24,000 bases of DNA from the NCBI GenBank assembly GCA_948444795.1, contig CAOJUX010000001.1, forward strand, positions 57,828 through 81,827. The letters run 5' to 3'. Both the position numbers and the translations under genes were made by a program. This DNA is from an uncultured Erysipelotrichaceae bacterium. Lineage in GTDB: Bacteria > Bacillota_I > Bacilli_A > RF39 > UBA660. Shown here in pieces: positions 13,447-23,199 of this stretch. How positions within the stretch are numbered: the first letter of the stretch is position 1; each line of letters starts with the position of its first letter. Below the pieces are notes generated by a model. The model worked only from the letters and a program-made list of their open reading frames with translations. It ran no database searches and had not been told where the DNA came from.

Positions 13447-13977
13447 CTAATTTATAATAATATGTTTTCTTTTAACTATAGAGCCACCAAAAAACACATT
13501 ATTTTCAATATTTCTATTTAATGAATTATTTAAAAGTACCAGCAAATTAGCCGGCACAAACGATTCCAACATTTCTAATAATATTGGAATTTGTTTAATA
13601 TCTTCAAAATGAGTTACAAGTAGTAATTTATAATCATTAGTTAACTTAACCGAATAATTATTTGCTCCACAAATAGCATTTAATCTATTAATAAGAGTTT
13701 TATGAGTGTAAGGTAGTGACTCTGTCCACTTTGAAAGAACTCTTGAAATTCTAGCATTTAAAGTATCATTAGAGGATGATGTTATATTTAATATTTTTTC
13801 ATATCTTTTTATACCGTCTTCATCACAATATTTTATATATAAATTATTAAATACTTTTTCACTTTTATCAGAAGCAATTTGAAATTCTGGATTTTCAGAA
13901 CTCATTATATTACTAATTTCCTTATAATCTTGAATGTATTTAGGCAAGTGTTCTTTTAGGTTAATAGTTCTTATCAT
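13447..13977 (-). CDS. baseplate/tail protein, XkdU / P2 gpI-like (DUF2313)
   Basis: The N-terminus LKEHLPKYIQDYKEI is typical of XkdU/YmfQ. It lies directly downstream of the Baseplate_J gene. Confidence 0.6.
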   Translation of the reverse strand: MIRTINLKEHLPKYIQDYKEISNIMSSENPEFQIASDKSEKVFNNLYIKYCDEDGIKRYEKILNITSSSNDTLNARISRVLSKWTESLPYTHKTLINRLNAICGANNYSVKLTNDYKLLLVTHFEDIKQIPILLEMLESFVPANLLVLLNNSLNRNIENNVFFGGSIVKRKHIIIN

Positions 13978-15038
13978 AATGTTATTTCTCCTAAAACTGG
14001 AATTTGCAATTCACTTAATTCTAAATTTGAAGTAGAATTATTTATTTTAGTATTAGAAATATCAATAACTCCTTCTAAATTTAAAATTTTATTTTCTATT
14101 TGACTAATTCTAACAAATAAACTATTATTATTAGCCCATGTTTTTCTTAGTTCAAGTAAATAAGATTGAATTTCACTTGTTATTGATGAAATTAATGTTT
14201 CCAAATCGTAACCATCATCTAAAGTTATATCTGCTCCAATATTTATTTCAACCTCATCTGCAGTTCTAACTGTAACGATATGTCCAATTGGCGCTATGCC
14301 TTGACCACTTGCATCATTGGTAGGATCTATTTCATTTTGAACATCCTCAATTAAGATATTACTTGCTTTAGAATAATTACTATCTAATATTGTTAATAGT
14401 ACTGTACCTCCACCATTCCAGCAAGATTTTACTTTGGTGGCTCCAACGCCTGATATAGAATTAACTTTTTCTTGATAATCTGCTTTGTTTCCACCAAAAG
14501 ATTTTTTTTCAAAAGATGCAAAATATCTATCTCTAAAATCTTCAGTATCTTCTTCATCTTCTCCTGGAATTAAGATTTCTTTTATTTCCGCAGTCTCTAG
14601 GTTCTCAATGTAGTCAATGGGAATAAGTGTTCCATATCCTTTGTTGCCGGTTTTCCCAAAATTTTCACACTTAATTTTATATATGCCACTAGATATTTTT
14701 TCTAAAACTTCATAATTTAAATCATCAGAACTAAATCTTGTGCCAATTGGTATTTCTAAAGTCGAAGGAGTAAATTCAGCTTTTAAAATAGCCTGTGTTG
14801 AGTCATACGGGATAAGTCCTCTTTCTGAAGCTCTTCTAATTAAATAATCACGTGATGCAGTATCAGCATAACTTTCATTAACAATAGTATTAAACTCTAT
14901 GTATAATAAAGCAAGTTCGACTGCTGCCGGAGCTAAAGCATCATAAATGATAGAGCCTTCCCTTTTATCTATATTATTAGGCACACGCTCTAACATTCTA
15001 TTTAAAATGGCTTCGTAAGTCATATTTTCATAATCCAT
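13974..15038 (-). CDS. baseplate J-like protein (XkdT / P2 gpJ family)
   Basis: The 354-aa product begins MTYEAILNRMLERVPNNIDKREGSIIYDALAPAAVELA, which is characteristic of Baseplate_J. Synteny supports the call. Confidence 0.8.
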   Translation of the reverse strand: MDYENMTYEAILNRMLERVPNNIDKREGSIIYDALAPAAVELALLYIEFNTIVNESYADTASRDYLIRRASERGLIPYDSTQAILKAEFTPSTLEIPIGTRFSSDDLNYEVLEKISSGIYKIKCENFGKTGNKGYGTLIPIDYIENLETAEIKEILIPGEDEEDTEDFRDRYFASFEKKSFGGNKADYQEKVNSISGVGATKVKSCWNGGGTVLLTILDSNYSKASNILIEDVQNEIDPTNDASGQGIAPIGHIVTVRTADEVEINIGADITLDDGYDLETLISSITSEIQSYLLELRKTWANNNSLFVRISQIENKILNLEGVIDISNTKINNSTSNLELSELQIPVLGEITL

Positions 15039-15436
15039 TAATAATTCACCTCTTTTTCGGTTTCAAATGTGCCATAAATTGTATTGACACAAAAACTAAC
15101 ATTGATTATATTTTTTTGTTCATAATTAAACTCAAAATTATCAATAGAATTTATTCTATCATCTTGTAAAAGAGCCTCTTTTATTCTTCTTTCAAGTTCG
15201 GCACATACATAACCGATAGGTTTTCCAATCAAATCTGATAGTTCTATTCCGTAATTCCAAGAATAAATTATGTATTCATATCTTTCAGTATTTAATATTT
15301 TATAAACGGTTTGTCTTACCGACTCTAATTCATCGACATAGCCATTTATTATATTTTCTTTAATATTCATTTTATAAATTTTACTTGGTATTTCTTCCAT
15401 TTCTAAAGATGTTAACAAATCATTTGATGGTAACAT
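15038..15436 (-). CDS. baseplate wedge protein XkdS-like (DUF2634, gp25/gpW-like)
   Basis: The 132-aa product contains VRQTVYKILNTERYEYIIYSWNYGIEL, typical of the XkdS family. Synteny supports the call. Confidence 0.65.
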   Translation of the reverse strand: MLPSNDLLTSLEMEEIPSKIYKMNIKENIINGYVDELESVRQTVYKILNTERYEYIIYSWNYGIELSDLIGKPIGYVCAELERRIKEALLQDDRINSIDNFEFNYEQKNIINVSFCVNTIYGTFETEKEVNY

Positions 15437-15438
15437 TA

Positions 15439-15846
15439 TTAACCACCTACTCTATCTAAAACAAGATATTGTTGTCCGCCTTGAAATCGTAATAAAATAA
15501 CTTGTTCATTTTGCTTTAATTGATTGTTGATTGTAGCATTAAATGTACTATTTATATTATGATTATGTGTTAAATCAACTGATAAATTAGTAGTTTCAAT
15601 TGTTTTATTTATATTTAAGATCGTCGGCTTTGTTTCGCCATTTAAATTGATAGTAGTATTGTAATTAGTTACATTTCTAGTTAGTATTAATTGCTCTTTA
15701 GTTAATATTAATTTTTGGTCAATTTGTATTTCAAGTGGGTTTGTCTTTATAACCTTACCGAAACAAACATTTACTGGCTTTGTAGCTTCTACCGCTCCTA
15801 TTCCGGCTTGTTTTAAAATATTTAACAAATCATTAGCATCATACAT
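15439..15846 (-). CDS. XkdR-like baseplate protein (DUF2577)
   Basis: The start is placed at ATG 15846 (RBS AAAGGAAG) rather than the GTG at 15855. The call rests on the MYDANDLLNILKQAG...VCFGKV pattern and on synteny. Confidence 0.55.
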   Translation of the reverse strand: MYDANDLLNILKQAGIGAVEATKPVNVCFGKVIKTNPLEIQIDQKLILTKEQLILTRNVTNYNTTINLNGETKPTILNINKTIETTNLSVDLTHNHNINSTFNATINNQLKQNEQVILLRFQGGQQYLVLDRVGG

Positions 15847-16795
15847 CAAAACCACTTCCTTTCAGGGTTAAATTCATAAAATGCTCTTCATTTTCAAAAG
15901 AATGCGTACATTTTTCTACAATCATAAGTTGCAATATTTCTTCATAATCTAAATTGAGTTTAACTGCTATTAAACTCCCAGCTCTAACTCTTAAGTCCCC
16001 TAAAGCTTTAGAAATAGAAAGTTTTCTTTTCTTTTTATTATATAAAGAAAGCAAAGCATCTGCTTTGGCTTTACCATTTTCGCCTTCGTTAAGAGTTTCA
16101 AAATATTGTAAAACTCCCCATCTATTAATATTTGAACTATCTTTTGAAATATAGACCTCTCTCTTACCAGTCTTTTTATTATCATAAGTTAATTTAATTT
16201 TATTGTATACATCATTATCAATACTAGTTTGGTAATCAAAGCTTTCTCCTGTTTCTTCATCAATTAAAATTTGTACTAACATATTTTGAATATTTTTAAG
16301 AGTAAGCTTTCCAAAATCATCATATAATACATACATTTCTTTTTTATTTCGAAGAGTTAAATCTAAAGCATTTTTTATCATTTCAAACAATTCTTCGTTT
16401 TCTTCAACTCTAGAAGGGATTACATATCCAGTATTTTCAATAATTCCTAAATTCAAATAAAAGTCATTAGCTAACATTTTAATGAAATCACTTGCTGTTT
16501 TGTTTTTATAAACATATGTATCTTTATTTTTTAAATATCTTAGTTGATCATAAGCAGTAATGCTGACTTCATCTTCTTTGCCTTTTTTTATAGTAAAAAT
16601 AAAACCATAAAAAATTTCTTGATTATCTTTTTTAAAACTAACTGCATCCCCTTCTTCGATTTTCAAAATACTGTCCTTTAACACTTTAAATGTCAATTGC
16701 CCAGCAGTTCCAATACGTTCAGTTTTCCAATCAACACCACCTAATAAAACAGGCTGATAAACGGTGCTTCCATGTTGAATTAATAGCTCTATCAT
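15839..16795 (-). CDS. XkdQ-like baseplate hub / late-control gpD-like protein
   Basis: The 318-aa ORF lies between the LysM protein and the XkdR-like gene, as in PBSX/skin. Its N-terminus GSTVYQPVLLGGVDWKTERIG..GQLTFKVLKD is typical of the family. Confidence 0.6.
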   Translation of the reverse strand: MIELLIQHGSTVYQPVLLGGVDWKTERIGTAGQLTFKVLKDSILKIEEGDAVSFKKDNQEIFYGFIFTIKKGKEDEVSITAYDQLRYLKNKDTYVYKNKTASDFIKMLANDFYLNLGIIENTGYVIPSRVEENEELFEMIKNALDLTLRNKKEMYVLYDDFGKLTLKNIQNMLVQILIDEETGESFDYQTSIDNDVYNKIKLTYDNKKTGKREVYISKDSSNINRWGVLQYFETLNEGENGKAKADALLSLYNKKKRKLSISKALGDLRVRAGSLIAVKLNLDYEEILQLMIVEKCTHSFENEEHFMNLTLKGSGFDV

Positions 16796-17613
16796 TAAAA
16801 TCCATGCCCTCCACCATTACCACCGCCAAAGCCACTTCCTGAAGAAAAATTCCCACTTGAACTAGTTGTATTCTTTTTTGTTTTCGAAGTTGTTTTTTTC
16901 TTGGAATAACTCTTAACTGTAGCAGATACTGAATCTAATGCGGGTATAACTAAAATTTGACCTGGATAAATTAAATTAGGATTTTTAATTTTATCTTTAT
17001 TAGCATTATAAATAATAGTATATTTACTACCATCGCCATAAAACATTTTGGCTATATTCCAAAGACAATCGCCTTTTTTTACTACATATGTTTTATTTTG
17101 GTTTTTAGGAGATGGAGAATTTGAAGCATCTCTGTTGTTACCTACATTTGCTACTGGCCTAGACTGTTTAATTGTGATGTTACAAGACTTTGTACCGTAA
17201 TCAATATATTGTTTTAATTTAATATTAACTACAGTATCAAAGCCTTCTTTTACATCTTCATTTATTGTATAGTCTTCAAGTGATACTTTTATATTTGTAG
17301 AATAAAGAGTTCTTTTATCTGGAAACTGCCTTACAACAATAAATTGGAATGGTTTCTTATTAACTTTAAGAGTTTCTAACTGGTTAAGATATTTGTCTGC
17401 TGTCATAAATCCATTTTTATGATTAGCAAAAGGATAATTGACATTTGGAAAGGTTGCATCAAAGTTAATTTCAGTAAGACCTGCACTTTTCAAAACATTA
17501 ATCTCACTACCATTTATTAAATTATAAGTTTTGTTTTGATTTTTAATTTTAAGTGTTAGTTTTGATGGTGTGATTGGTAACAATAATTTATCTAAATAAA
17601 ACTCATATCCCAT
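16795..17613 (-). CDS. LysM-domain tail protein (XkdP-like)
   Basis: The start is at 17613 (RBS AGGGGTGAGAG). The LysM motif is YVVKKGDCLWNIAKMFYGDGSKYTIIYNANKDKIKNPNLIYPGQILVIP. The C-terminus is rich in Ser and Gly (GNFSSGSGFGGGNGGGHGF). Confidence 0.75.
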   Translation of the reverse strand: MGYEFYLDKLLLPITPSKLTLKIKNQNKTYNLINGSEINVLKSAGLTEINFDATFPNVNYPFANHKNGFMTADKYLNQLETLKVNKKPFQFIVVRQFPDKRTLYSTNIKVSLEDYTINEDVKEGFDTVVNIKLKQYIDYGTKSCNITIKQSRPVANVGNNRDASNSPSPKNQNKTYVVKKGDCLWNIAKMFYGDGSKYTIIYNANKDKIKNPNLIYPGQILVIPALDSVSATVKSYSKKKTTSKTKKNTTSSSGNFSSGSGFGGGNGGGHGF

Positions 17614-17614
17614 A

Positions 17615-19609
17615 TTAACTCTCACCCCTAGCTGTTTTTTCCATAGCAATTTCTATTTCTTCTGCTAAGTGTCCTACCAAACCGTCTAAATCAGTGTTGT
17701 TTGATACATTATTAGTAATTCCGCCCATTTCGACATGTATTTCTGCAGTAGTAAATCTATTAATAACTTCTTGTTCGGCTAAGTCTCTTAGATATTTCAA
17801 ATCTTCTTCTGACTTATTAATGGAATTATTAATTTTATCTGTATTATCAGCAGTTTTATTAACTTTATCTTCAAGTCCTTTTAGAATATCTTCTGTGTTA
17901 CTACCTTTATCTGAATTGAACATGTTACTCATTTTTTCATCAAATTTTTCTCCCAAACCATAGCCAAAGTTATAAGCATCTTTGTAAGCAATTCTTTTTA
18001 AGCCTAAACTTTCAGAATTTAAATTTAACTTGTCTACGGCTTCGTAAGTACCATTGCCATATTTATTAGCTGCCTCTTCAACTTTAGTATTTAAACTAAC
18101 ACGCCAAGTAGAGACTGTATCCGCAAGGGATGAGCCAAATACCTTATCTAAAGCTTTAGCAATTGTTTCTATCACCCCTAGAACATTGTCAGCTAAATCT
18201 CCAAATAAATGAATAATAGATGCTATAGGGTCTCGGAATAAATTCCCTAAAAAATTAGCAAACGCAAGAAACTTATTAGTCCAAAAGTTAATAATACCTA
18301 AGACCAAATCTACAAGGCCACAAAATGTATCCCAAATAAAAGCAGCCGCAGTCATTATCGAACCTAAAATTACACCAGTAGCACTTATCGAAGTTCCTTT
18401 AACTTTGTTAATTCCAGCTACAATTGCATATAATGCTGCCACTATAGCAATAATGGCTAAAACTATCCAAGTTATTGGACAAGCAAGTAAAGCAGCATTA
18501 AAACCATATTGCGCAGCTGTAGCAGTAAATGTGGCACCTGTTTCCATTGCTAAAGCGGCAGCATGAGCTAATTTTGATATTGCTATAACCCCGGTCACTA
18601 TTTTGTTAGCAATTAATGCAGCAGTATATAAGCCTACTGCGACTGCTAATCCTAACATGATAGGCTCTAAAACTGACCAGTTATTAGCTAACATATTAAT
18701 CAATTTTAAAATAGGCTGAGAAGCCTTGTAAACTTTATTGCATAAACTAGTCCATACTTGACCCCATGTCATCGGCATAGAGTCAAATTTAGAATTGATA
18801 TCATCAGTAGCTTTCAACATAGCATTTTTTACTATACTAGCCGTTATTTCTCCGTCTGATGCCATACCCCTAATTTTTCCAATCGGAACATTTAAATAAT
18901 CAGCTATAGTTTGAATGACATTAGGTGCAGACTCAAATACTGCATTTAACTCTTCACCTCGTAAAACTCCTGAACCTAGTGCTTGCGTTAACTGAAGTGA
19001 GGCAGATGACATTTCTTCTTGACTAGCACCCGCTATTACAAAAGATTTATTTAAATTTTCTGAAAATGCTATTAACTCATCATTGTTTTTAAAAGCATCT
19101 GGGGCTCTTTGACCTAATTTAGCTACAATATCAGCAGTAGCCTGATAACTTGCTCTGGAACGTTGGGCTGATGCAAAAATTTGGTTTTGCAACTCATCAT
19201 TGGTCCGTAGCCCATCATTTATCATATTTAAGCGAGCACTTGTTTGTGTGTATTCATCAGATAGTTTAAATAACTTTCCTATTCCTTTAAAACTAGCATA
19301 AGCTCCAATTAGTGAAGTTATAGAACTTGAAAATCCTTCTAATTTTTGTTTGCCTTCTTGAACGCTATTATTTAAGTTATTTTGACTGGTTACAGCACTG
19401 TTCGTACTACTAGCAAAATTATTTATAGAAGCTTTGGCTTGATCTATTGCAATTCTTGCACTAGTAACTTTTTTAGCATCAAATGAAGAGTCTAGCTTAT
19501 TATCTACATCATCAAATACTGCTAAAGTTTGATACATAGCATTATTTATATTTTTAAAAACTGGTGTTAATCTATCAGTTATTTGTATAACTGTATTTAT
19601 ACTTGCCAT
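17615..19609 (-). CDS. tail tape measure protein
   Basis: The 664-aa product has the largely alpha-helical, Ala/Gln/Asn-rich N-terminus typical of TMPs and a central block of hydrophobic helices. It lies downstream of the chaperone genes. Confidence 0.85.
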   Translation of the reverse strand: MASINTVIQITDRLTPVFKNINNAMYQTLAVFDDVDNKLDSSFDAKKVTSARIAIDQAKASINNFASSTNSAVTSQNNLNNSVQEGKQKLEGFSSSITSLIGAYASFKGIGKLFKLSDEYTQTSARLNMINDGLRTNDELQNQIFASAQRSRASYQATADIVAKLGQRAPDAFKNNDELIAFSENLNKSFVIAGASQEEMSSASLQLTQALGSGVLRGEELNAVFESAPNVIQTIADYLNVPIGKIRGMASDGEITASIVKNAMLKATDDINSKFDSMPMTWGQVWTSLCNKVYKASQPILKLINMLANNWSVLEPIMLGLAVAVGLYTAALIANKIVTGVIAISKLAHAAALAMETGATFTATAAQYGFNAALLACPITWIVLAIIAIVAALYAIVAGINKVKGTSISATGVILGSIMTAAAFIWDTFCGLVDLVLGIINFWTNKFLAFANFLGNLFRDPIASIIHLFGDLADNVLGVIETIAKALDKVFGSSLADTVSTWRVSLNTKVEEAANKYGNGTYEAVDKLNLNSESLGLKRIAYKDAYNFGYGLGEKFDEKMSNMFNSDKGSNTEDILKGLEDKVNKTADNTDKINNSINKSEEDLKYLRDLAEQEVINRFTTAEIHVEMGGITNNVSNNTDLDGLVGHLAEEIEIAMEKTARGES

Positions 19610-19618
19610 TTAAAATCA

Positions 19619-19807
19619 CTATCCTTTGCTAGCTCTTTCAGCTTCTTTTTTAGCTTTTTTTTGATCTTCCATTTTTATATCTATTGACGCTATTATGAAA
19701 GCCTTTTCTCTATCATCTAATTCAATAAAATCGCTTGGCCTCATATTAAATTTGTGGAGGCAATAGTGAGCGTAATTCGCTTCAGCATCCTCCTTAATTA
19801 GTTTTTT
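19619..19807 (-). CDS. -1 frame extension of the chaperone (the GT-type fusion product)
   Basis: Not in the ORF track. The -1 frame is open from 19810 to the TAG at 19621-19619. It encodes ...LIKEDAEANYAHYCLHKFNMRPSDFIELDDREKAFIIASIDIKMEDQKKAKKEAERASKG. It is entered at the slippery heptamer and ends 10 nt before the TMP start. Confidence 0.6.
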   Translation of the reverse strand, partial: KKLIKEDAEANYAHYCLHKFNMRPSDFIELDDREKAFIIASIDIKMEDQKKAKKEAERASKG

Positions 19808-20226
19808 GCTTCATCGATTTTGTCATTAATATTGTTATCTTCAAAACCACTATATGAAGTCACGAAATCAGCCAAATTAGAATATTCTCCTGCATTGCTT
19901 ACCATTTCTTTAATTAAATTTTCGGCTCCCATAACACCATAAGAATTTTGAAGTTCAACATCATTTAAATTTGGCTCTACTATTGCAGCAGTTATTAATT
20001 TAGCAATATATTTTGATGTATCTAATTTTTGAGTATATTGCCCTCTACCAACTTTTATATCTTTCATGCATTCTTCTCTTATAGCATCATTTTCACGTGT
20101 TGTAATCGCTCTTATTGTCCATTCAAGTGGATTTCCTTTTTCATCTACAAAATCATTTGAAACTATGTATTTTGTAGTCCCTTTACTCTTTTTGTTTTCT
20201 TTAAGAAAACTTTTTAAATTTGACAT
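19798..20226 (-). CDS. tail assembly chaperone (XkdN-like), the zero-frame G product
   Basis: The 142-aa ORF has the RBS AAGGAGAG. It sits between the tube and TMP genes. Its N-terminus LKSFLKENKK....YIVS..F.DE.GNP..W.IR.IT is typical of XkdN-like chaperones. Confidence 0.7.
   Translation of the reverse strand: MSNLKSFLKENKKSKGTTKYIVSNDFVDEKGNPLEWTIRAITTRENDAIREECMKDIKVGRGQYTQKLDTSKYIAKLITAAIVEPNLNDVELQNSYGVMGAENLIKEMVSNAGEYSNLADFVTSYSGFEDNNINDKIDEAKN
19801..19807 (-). promoter_or_regulatory. programmed -1 ribosomal frameshift slippery heptamer A_AAA_AAC
   Basis: On the minus strand the sequence reads GCA AAA AAC TAA. The heptamer A AAA AAC is in the X_XXY_YYZ phase of the zero frame, directly before its stop codon. 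Confidence 0.6.
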
Positions 20227-20261
20227 TATTTTCTCTCCTTTTTTTATTTTTTTATAGTAGT

Positions 20262-20290
20262 TTAAAAAGCTCTCGCATGAGAGCTTTAAA
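20262..20290 (-). terminator. intercistronic hairpin (partial terminator/attenuator) between the tube and chaperone genes
   Basis: The stem AAAGCTCTC (20266-20274) pairs with GAGAGCTTT (20279-20287). On the minus strand it is followed by UUUUU-AAAC. Confidence 0.5.
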
Positions 20291-20296
20291 CTATTT

Positions 20297-20773
20297 TCAA
20301 ATCATACCTTCAAGCAAATTAAATGTTTCAGGCATTTTGAAATCTTCAAAAGTGAAGTCCATATCTTCATCTAAGTAATCATCATTGTCTGCATCAAAAC
20401 TAGCTAAAACACCACCATCGATATTACAGCCAATTAAAATTACTGTTTGGCGTCCAGCTGATGATGTAGGATCTTCATTTGTTATTTGCATATCAAAATA
20501 AACATCTTCACCAGTTTCTTTAAATTTTAAAAGCATCTCTCTAAAGATGCTTGTATTATAGTGAAATGTAGCAGATCCTGTTCCGCTCCAGCCAGTAGAC
20601 TTATTACCTTTTCCAGTTCTCCCCAAAATTGGAACTGTACTTTTTTCTTTTTTAAACTCGGCTTTCAAATTTATTGCTTGCATAAAATTGTATCTATTAT
20701 TACCAATAGTAACAAAGCATTCCGCTAATTTAGCTGAAAGACAATCTTTTGAGTTCATTGTTATATTTTGCAT
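20297..20773 (-). CDS. tail tube protein (XkdM-like)
   Basis: The 158-aa ORF lies immediately downstream of the sheath gene. The sequence CFVTIGNNRY.F.QA.NL.A.F.K....VPILG......K.TGWSG.G.A.F.YN.S.F is typical of XkdM. Confidence 0.8.
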   Translation of the reverse strand: MQNITMNSKDCLSAKLAECFVTIGNNRYNFMQAINLKAEFKKEKSTVPILGRTGKGNKSTGWSGTGSATFHYNTSIFREMLLKFKETGEDVYFDMQITNEDPTSSAGRQTVILIGCNIDGGVLASFDADNDDYLDEDMDFTFEDFKMPETFNLLEGMI

Positions 20774-20792
20774 ATAAAATCAATCCTTTCTA

Positions 20793-22079
20793 TTAATTAA
20801 TTGTTACAGTCATATAAAGTTTTTCCATAGTATTAACTATAGTTACTACATCTTTAATAGTGACTGTACCACGCGCTTCGCCTTGGGCTATTTCTACATC
20901 AGCATCTGAAAAATTCTCTATAGCTCTCATATTTTGTAAGCTTTCATGATGCTTTACAATATCGTTCCATAATGAAATTCTTCCAGCCTGATCATTAGGT
21001 ACGTTACCTAAATACTTTGTGTTGAATAACGTTGCGATATCATTAGCTATTTGATCTACTACTCTAATAGTTTGATTATCTTTAAAAATAGAACCTTTTT
21101 CATTAGTAATTGTGACTAAACTATTAATATCTTTAAGTACTCTAACTTCTCCGGTTACAGAGTGAAGGACGAATTTTCCTTCGTCAATGAAAGCCTCTAA
21201 TTGAGTTTGAGTATAATCAGTATTAACGCTAAATTCTCCATCATATTTGCGATTTAGGCAAGATTTATTAACAGGGCAATTTGCTTCTAAACCTGTAACC
21301 CAATAAACTAAATTTGCATCTGTATTATTAATTACATTGATAACTCCCTCAAAATCAGCACTGTATTTATGAAGTACAACTTGAAATTTAGCGCCAACTT
21401 CATCACGAAGCCTTTTACAATAATTAGTAGCTAAAGATTTAATAGTAGTATCAGTAGTTACGATACCCATTGTATTAAATGAATAAGACTCTATTTTATC
21501 GAAATAATTTTTGTAATTGTCTCCAGTTACAGTACTATTAGTTCCACCTGTAAGTGGAGTGCTTGCTGTTACTTCTAAAGTAGCATCCTTTTTAAATATT
21601 ACAAAGTCATTATCTTCTAAATCAGAGGACTTTTCTACTGTTTGAGTTTCTATTAAATTTTCATCTAAATATAAAGAAACATCAAATTTATCTTCATCAT
21701 CTATATTTTTAGCAATAGCTATTTTAAAGTCATTACCTCTAACCCCGCTAAATTTAGCTGTAGCAAATGTATTAGCTGCTTTATTTCCACTATTTAATCG
21801 ATAAGCAAATAGTGTCTTAGCATTTAAAAAAAGGTCTCTTAAACCCTTCATTTTTTCGTGAGTATTTTCATACCCAAATATTTTTAAACAATTTCTTTCA
21901 AAATCATTATTACTAACTTCAAATATTTCATTGTCAGGCCCCCAGTCCATTTCTAAAGGCATTGTTACTATTCCTCTTTCGGATAAACTAGCATTAGCTT
22001 TTGCTTTAGAAATAAAGTTAATATAAGAACCTGGAAGTATTTTATTTTGAGTGGTAAATGTTCCACCACCTAAAGCCAT
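20793..22079 (-). CDS. contractile tail sheath protein (XkdK-like)
   Basis: The 428-aa product has the N-terminus MALGGGTFTTQNKILPGSYINF, characteristic of phage sheath proteins. Confidence 0.85.
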   Translation of the reverse strand: MALGGGTFTTQNKILPGSYINFISKAKANASLSERGIVTMPLEMDWGPDNEIFEVSNNDFERNCLKIFGYENTHEKMKGLRDLFLNAKTLFAYRLNSGNKAANTFATAKFSGVRGNDFKIAIAKNIDDEDKFDVSLYLDENLIETQTVEKSSDLEDNDFVIFKKDATLEVTASTPLTGGTNSTVTGDNYKNYFDKIESYSFNTMGIVTTDTTIKSLATNYCKRLRDEVGAKFQVVLHKYSADFEGVINVINNTDANLVYWVTGLEANCPVNKSCLNRKYDGEFSVNTDYTQTQLEAFIDEGKFVLHSVTGEVRVLKDINSLVTITNEKGSIFKDNQTIRVVDQIANDIATLFNTKYLGNVPNDQAGRISLWNDIVKHHESLQNMRAIENFSDADVEIAQGEARGTVTIKDVVTIVNTMEKLYMTVTIN

Positions 22080-22261
22080 TACTTCACTTCTCCTTTCTCA
22101 AATTTTTCTATTATTTTGTCTACTTCATCAAGTGTATATTTTTTATCATCTTTTAGTAAAGTGTTAATCAAATCTTTTTGATTTAAATATTTTTTACTAT
22201 TTAGTATACTTTCTTTTGAAAAGATATCTTTTTTAACCTCCTCAACAGTATTTTTAGTCAT
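22079..22261 (-). CDS. hypothetical small phage protein (60 aa)
   Basis: It is translationally coupled to the sheath gene, with its stop overlapping the sheath ATG. I recognise no family. Confidence 0.4.
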   Translation of the reverse strand: MTKNTVEEVKKDIFSKESILNSKKYLNQKDLINTLLKDDKKYTLDEVDKIIEKFEKGEVK

Positions 22262-22267
22262 TTTGAA

Positions 22268-22717
22268 CTACTCCTTTCTAACATTAGTATCATAGTTGTA
22301 TGATTCTAATTTATCTTTTTTATCGCCTTCATTTATAACAAACATATTGTAACTAACAAAGAAATTTAATATTCCATCAGAATATTCTCCAGACATTTCA
22401 GTCCCTCTTATTAGACTTGTTATATCTCTTTCTTTATTTTCTATAAGTGTTATATATTCTAGACATCTATATAATCTTTCTAATACATCATTGCAATCGT
22501 ATTTTTTAGTGTTAGAACTAGAAATATATTGAATACAAAATGGATTAGATTGAAAATATTTGCCACATTTAAAAAGTTTTTCACTTGGTTTTAATGTATT
22601 TATAAAAAAACAAGGTTCTTTTAATCCTTGTTCCACACTTTCTGTATATATTTCATAATTATCTCCAAATTCATTAAATAAAGCTACTGAAATAGCATCT
22701 ATAATTTTGTTTAGCAC
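22268..22717 (-). CDS. putative tail terminator / tail-to-neck protein (XkdJ position)
   Basis: The 149-aa ORF lies between the gp10-like and sheath genes. The pattern IY.ESVEQGLKEPCFFI is seen in Firmicute tail-terminator family proteins. Confidence 0.4.
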   Translation of the reverse strand: MLNKIIDAISVALFNEFGDNYEIYTESVEQGLKEPCFFINTLKPSEKLFKCGKYFQSNPFCIQYISSSNTKKYDCNDVLERLYRCLEYITLIENKERDITSLIRGTEMSGEYSDGILNFFVSYNMFVINEGDKKDKLESYNYDTNVRKE

Positions 22718-23199
22718 TTGAATACCTCTTTCAACATTTTGTTAAGTTTTACTTCTAAAATTTTAGGTGTAGTTTGTGCTACTTCATCACAAGATATCTT
22801 TAACATAAAGTGCCCTTCTACCCATCCGCCATTTTTAGTACGATGACCACTTTCGACATAAGAACTGTACTCAACAGGATTTATTATTTCTATTTCGAAT
22901 ATATTTCCCTTTTTAGAAATACTTTTAATAGACCAACCTCTACGAAGTGTCCCTCCTTGTTTACCAGTAACTTTATTGCCTTTGTGAGTTCTACTATCTC
23001 CGCCTTTACGAGCATTACAAGTATAATCATTGCCACTATAATCTCCAACTGGTGTACGCAGTACTACTTCTGCAAGCAATCTTTGAGATAATTCCTTAGC
23101 GCACTCTTTAGCAAATTTACTAGCATCTGTATCTGTGAATTTTTGTATTTTATCAGCAAATATTTTAAACTCTTTATAATCAATTTTACCTTTGCTCAT
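22711..23199 (-). CDS. HK97 gp10-family neck/tail-completion protein
   Basis: The stretch LAEVVLRTPVGDY...GGTLRRGW...EIINPVEYSSYVESGH fits the HK97 gp10 family pattern. Confidence 0.65.
   Translation of the reverse strand: MSKGKIDYKEFKIFADKIQKFTDTDASKFAKECAKELSQRLLAEVVLRTPVGDYSGNDYTCNARKGGDSRTHKGNKVTGKQGGTLRRGWSIKSISKKGNIFEIEIINPVEYSSYVESGHRTKNGGWVEGHFMLKISCDEVAQTTPKILEVKLNKMLKEVFKC

Noticed and set aside
16000-16185. A 61-aa minus-strand ORF lies in an alternative frame inside the XkdQ-like gene.
   Set aside because: It is fully nested in a longer conserved ORF on the same strand, and it has no RBS or family resemblance.
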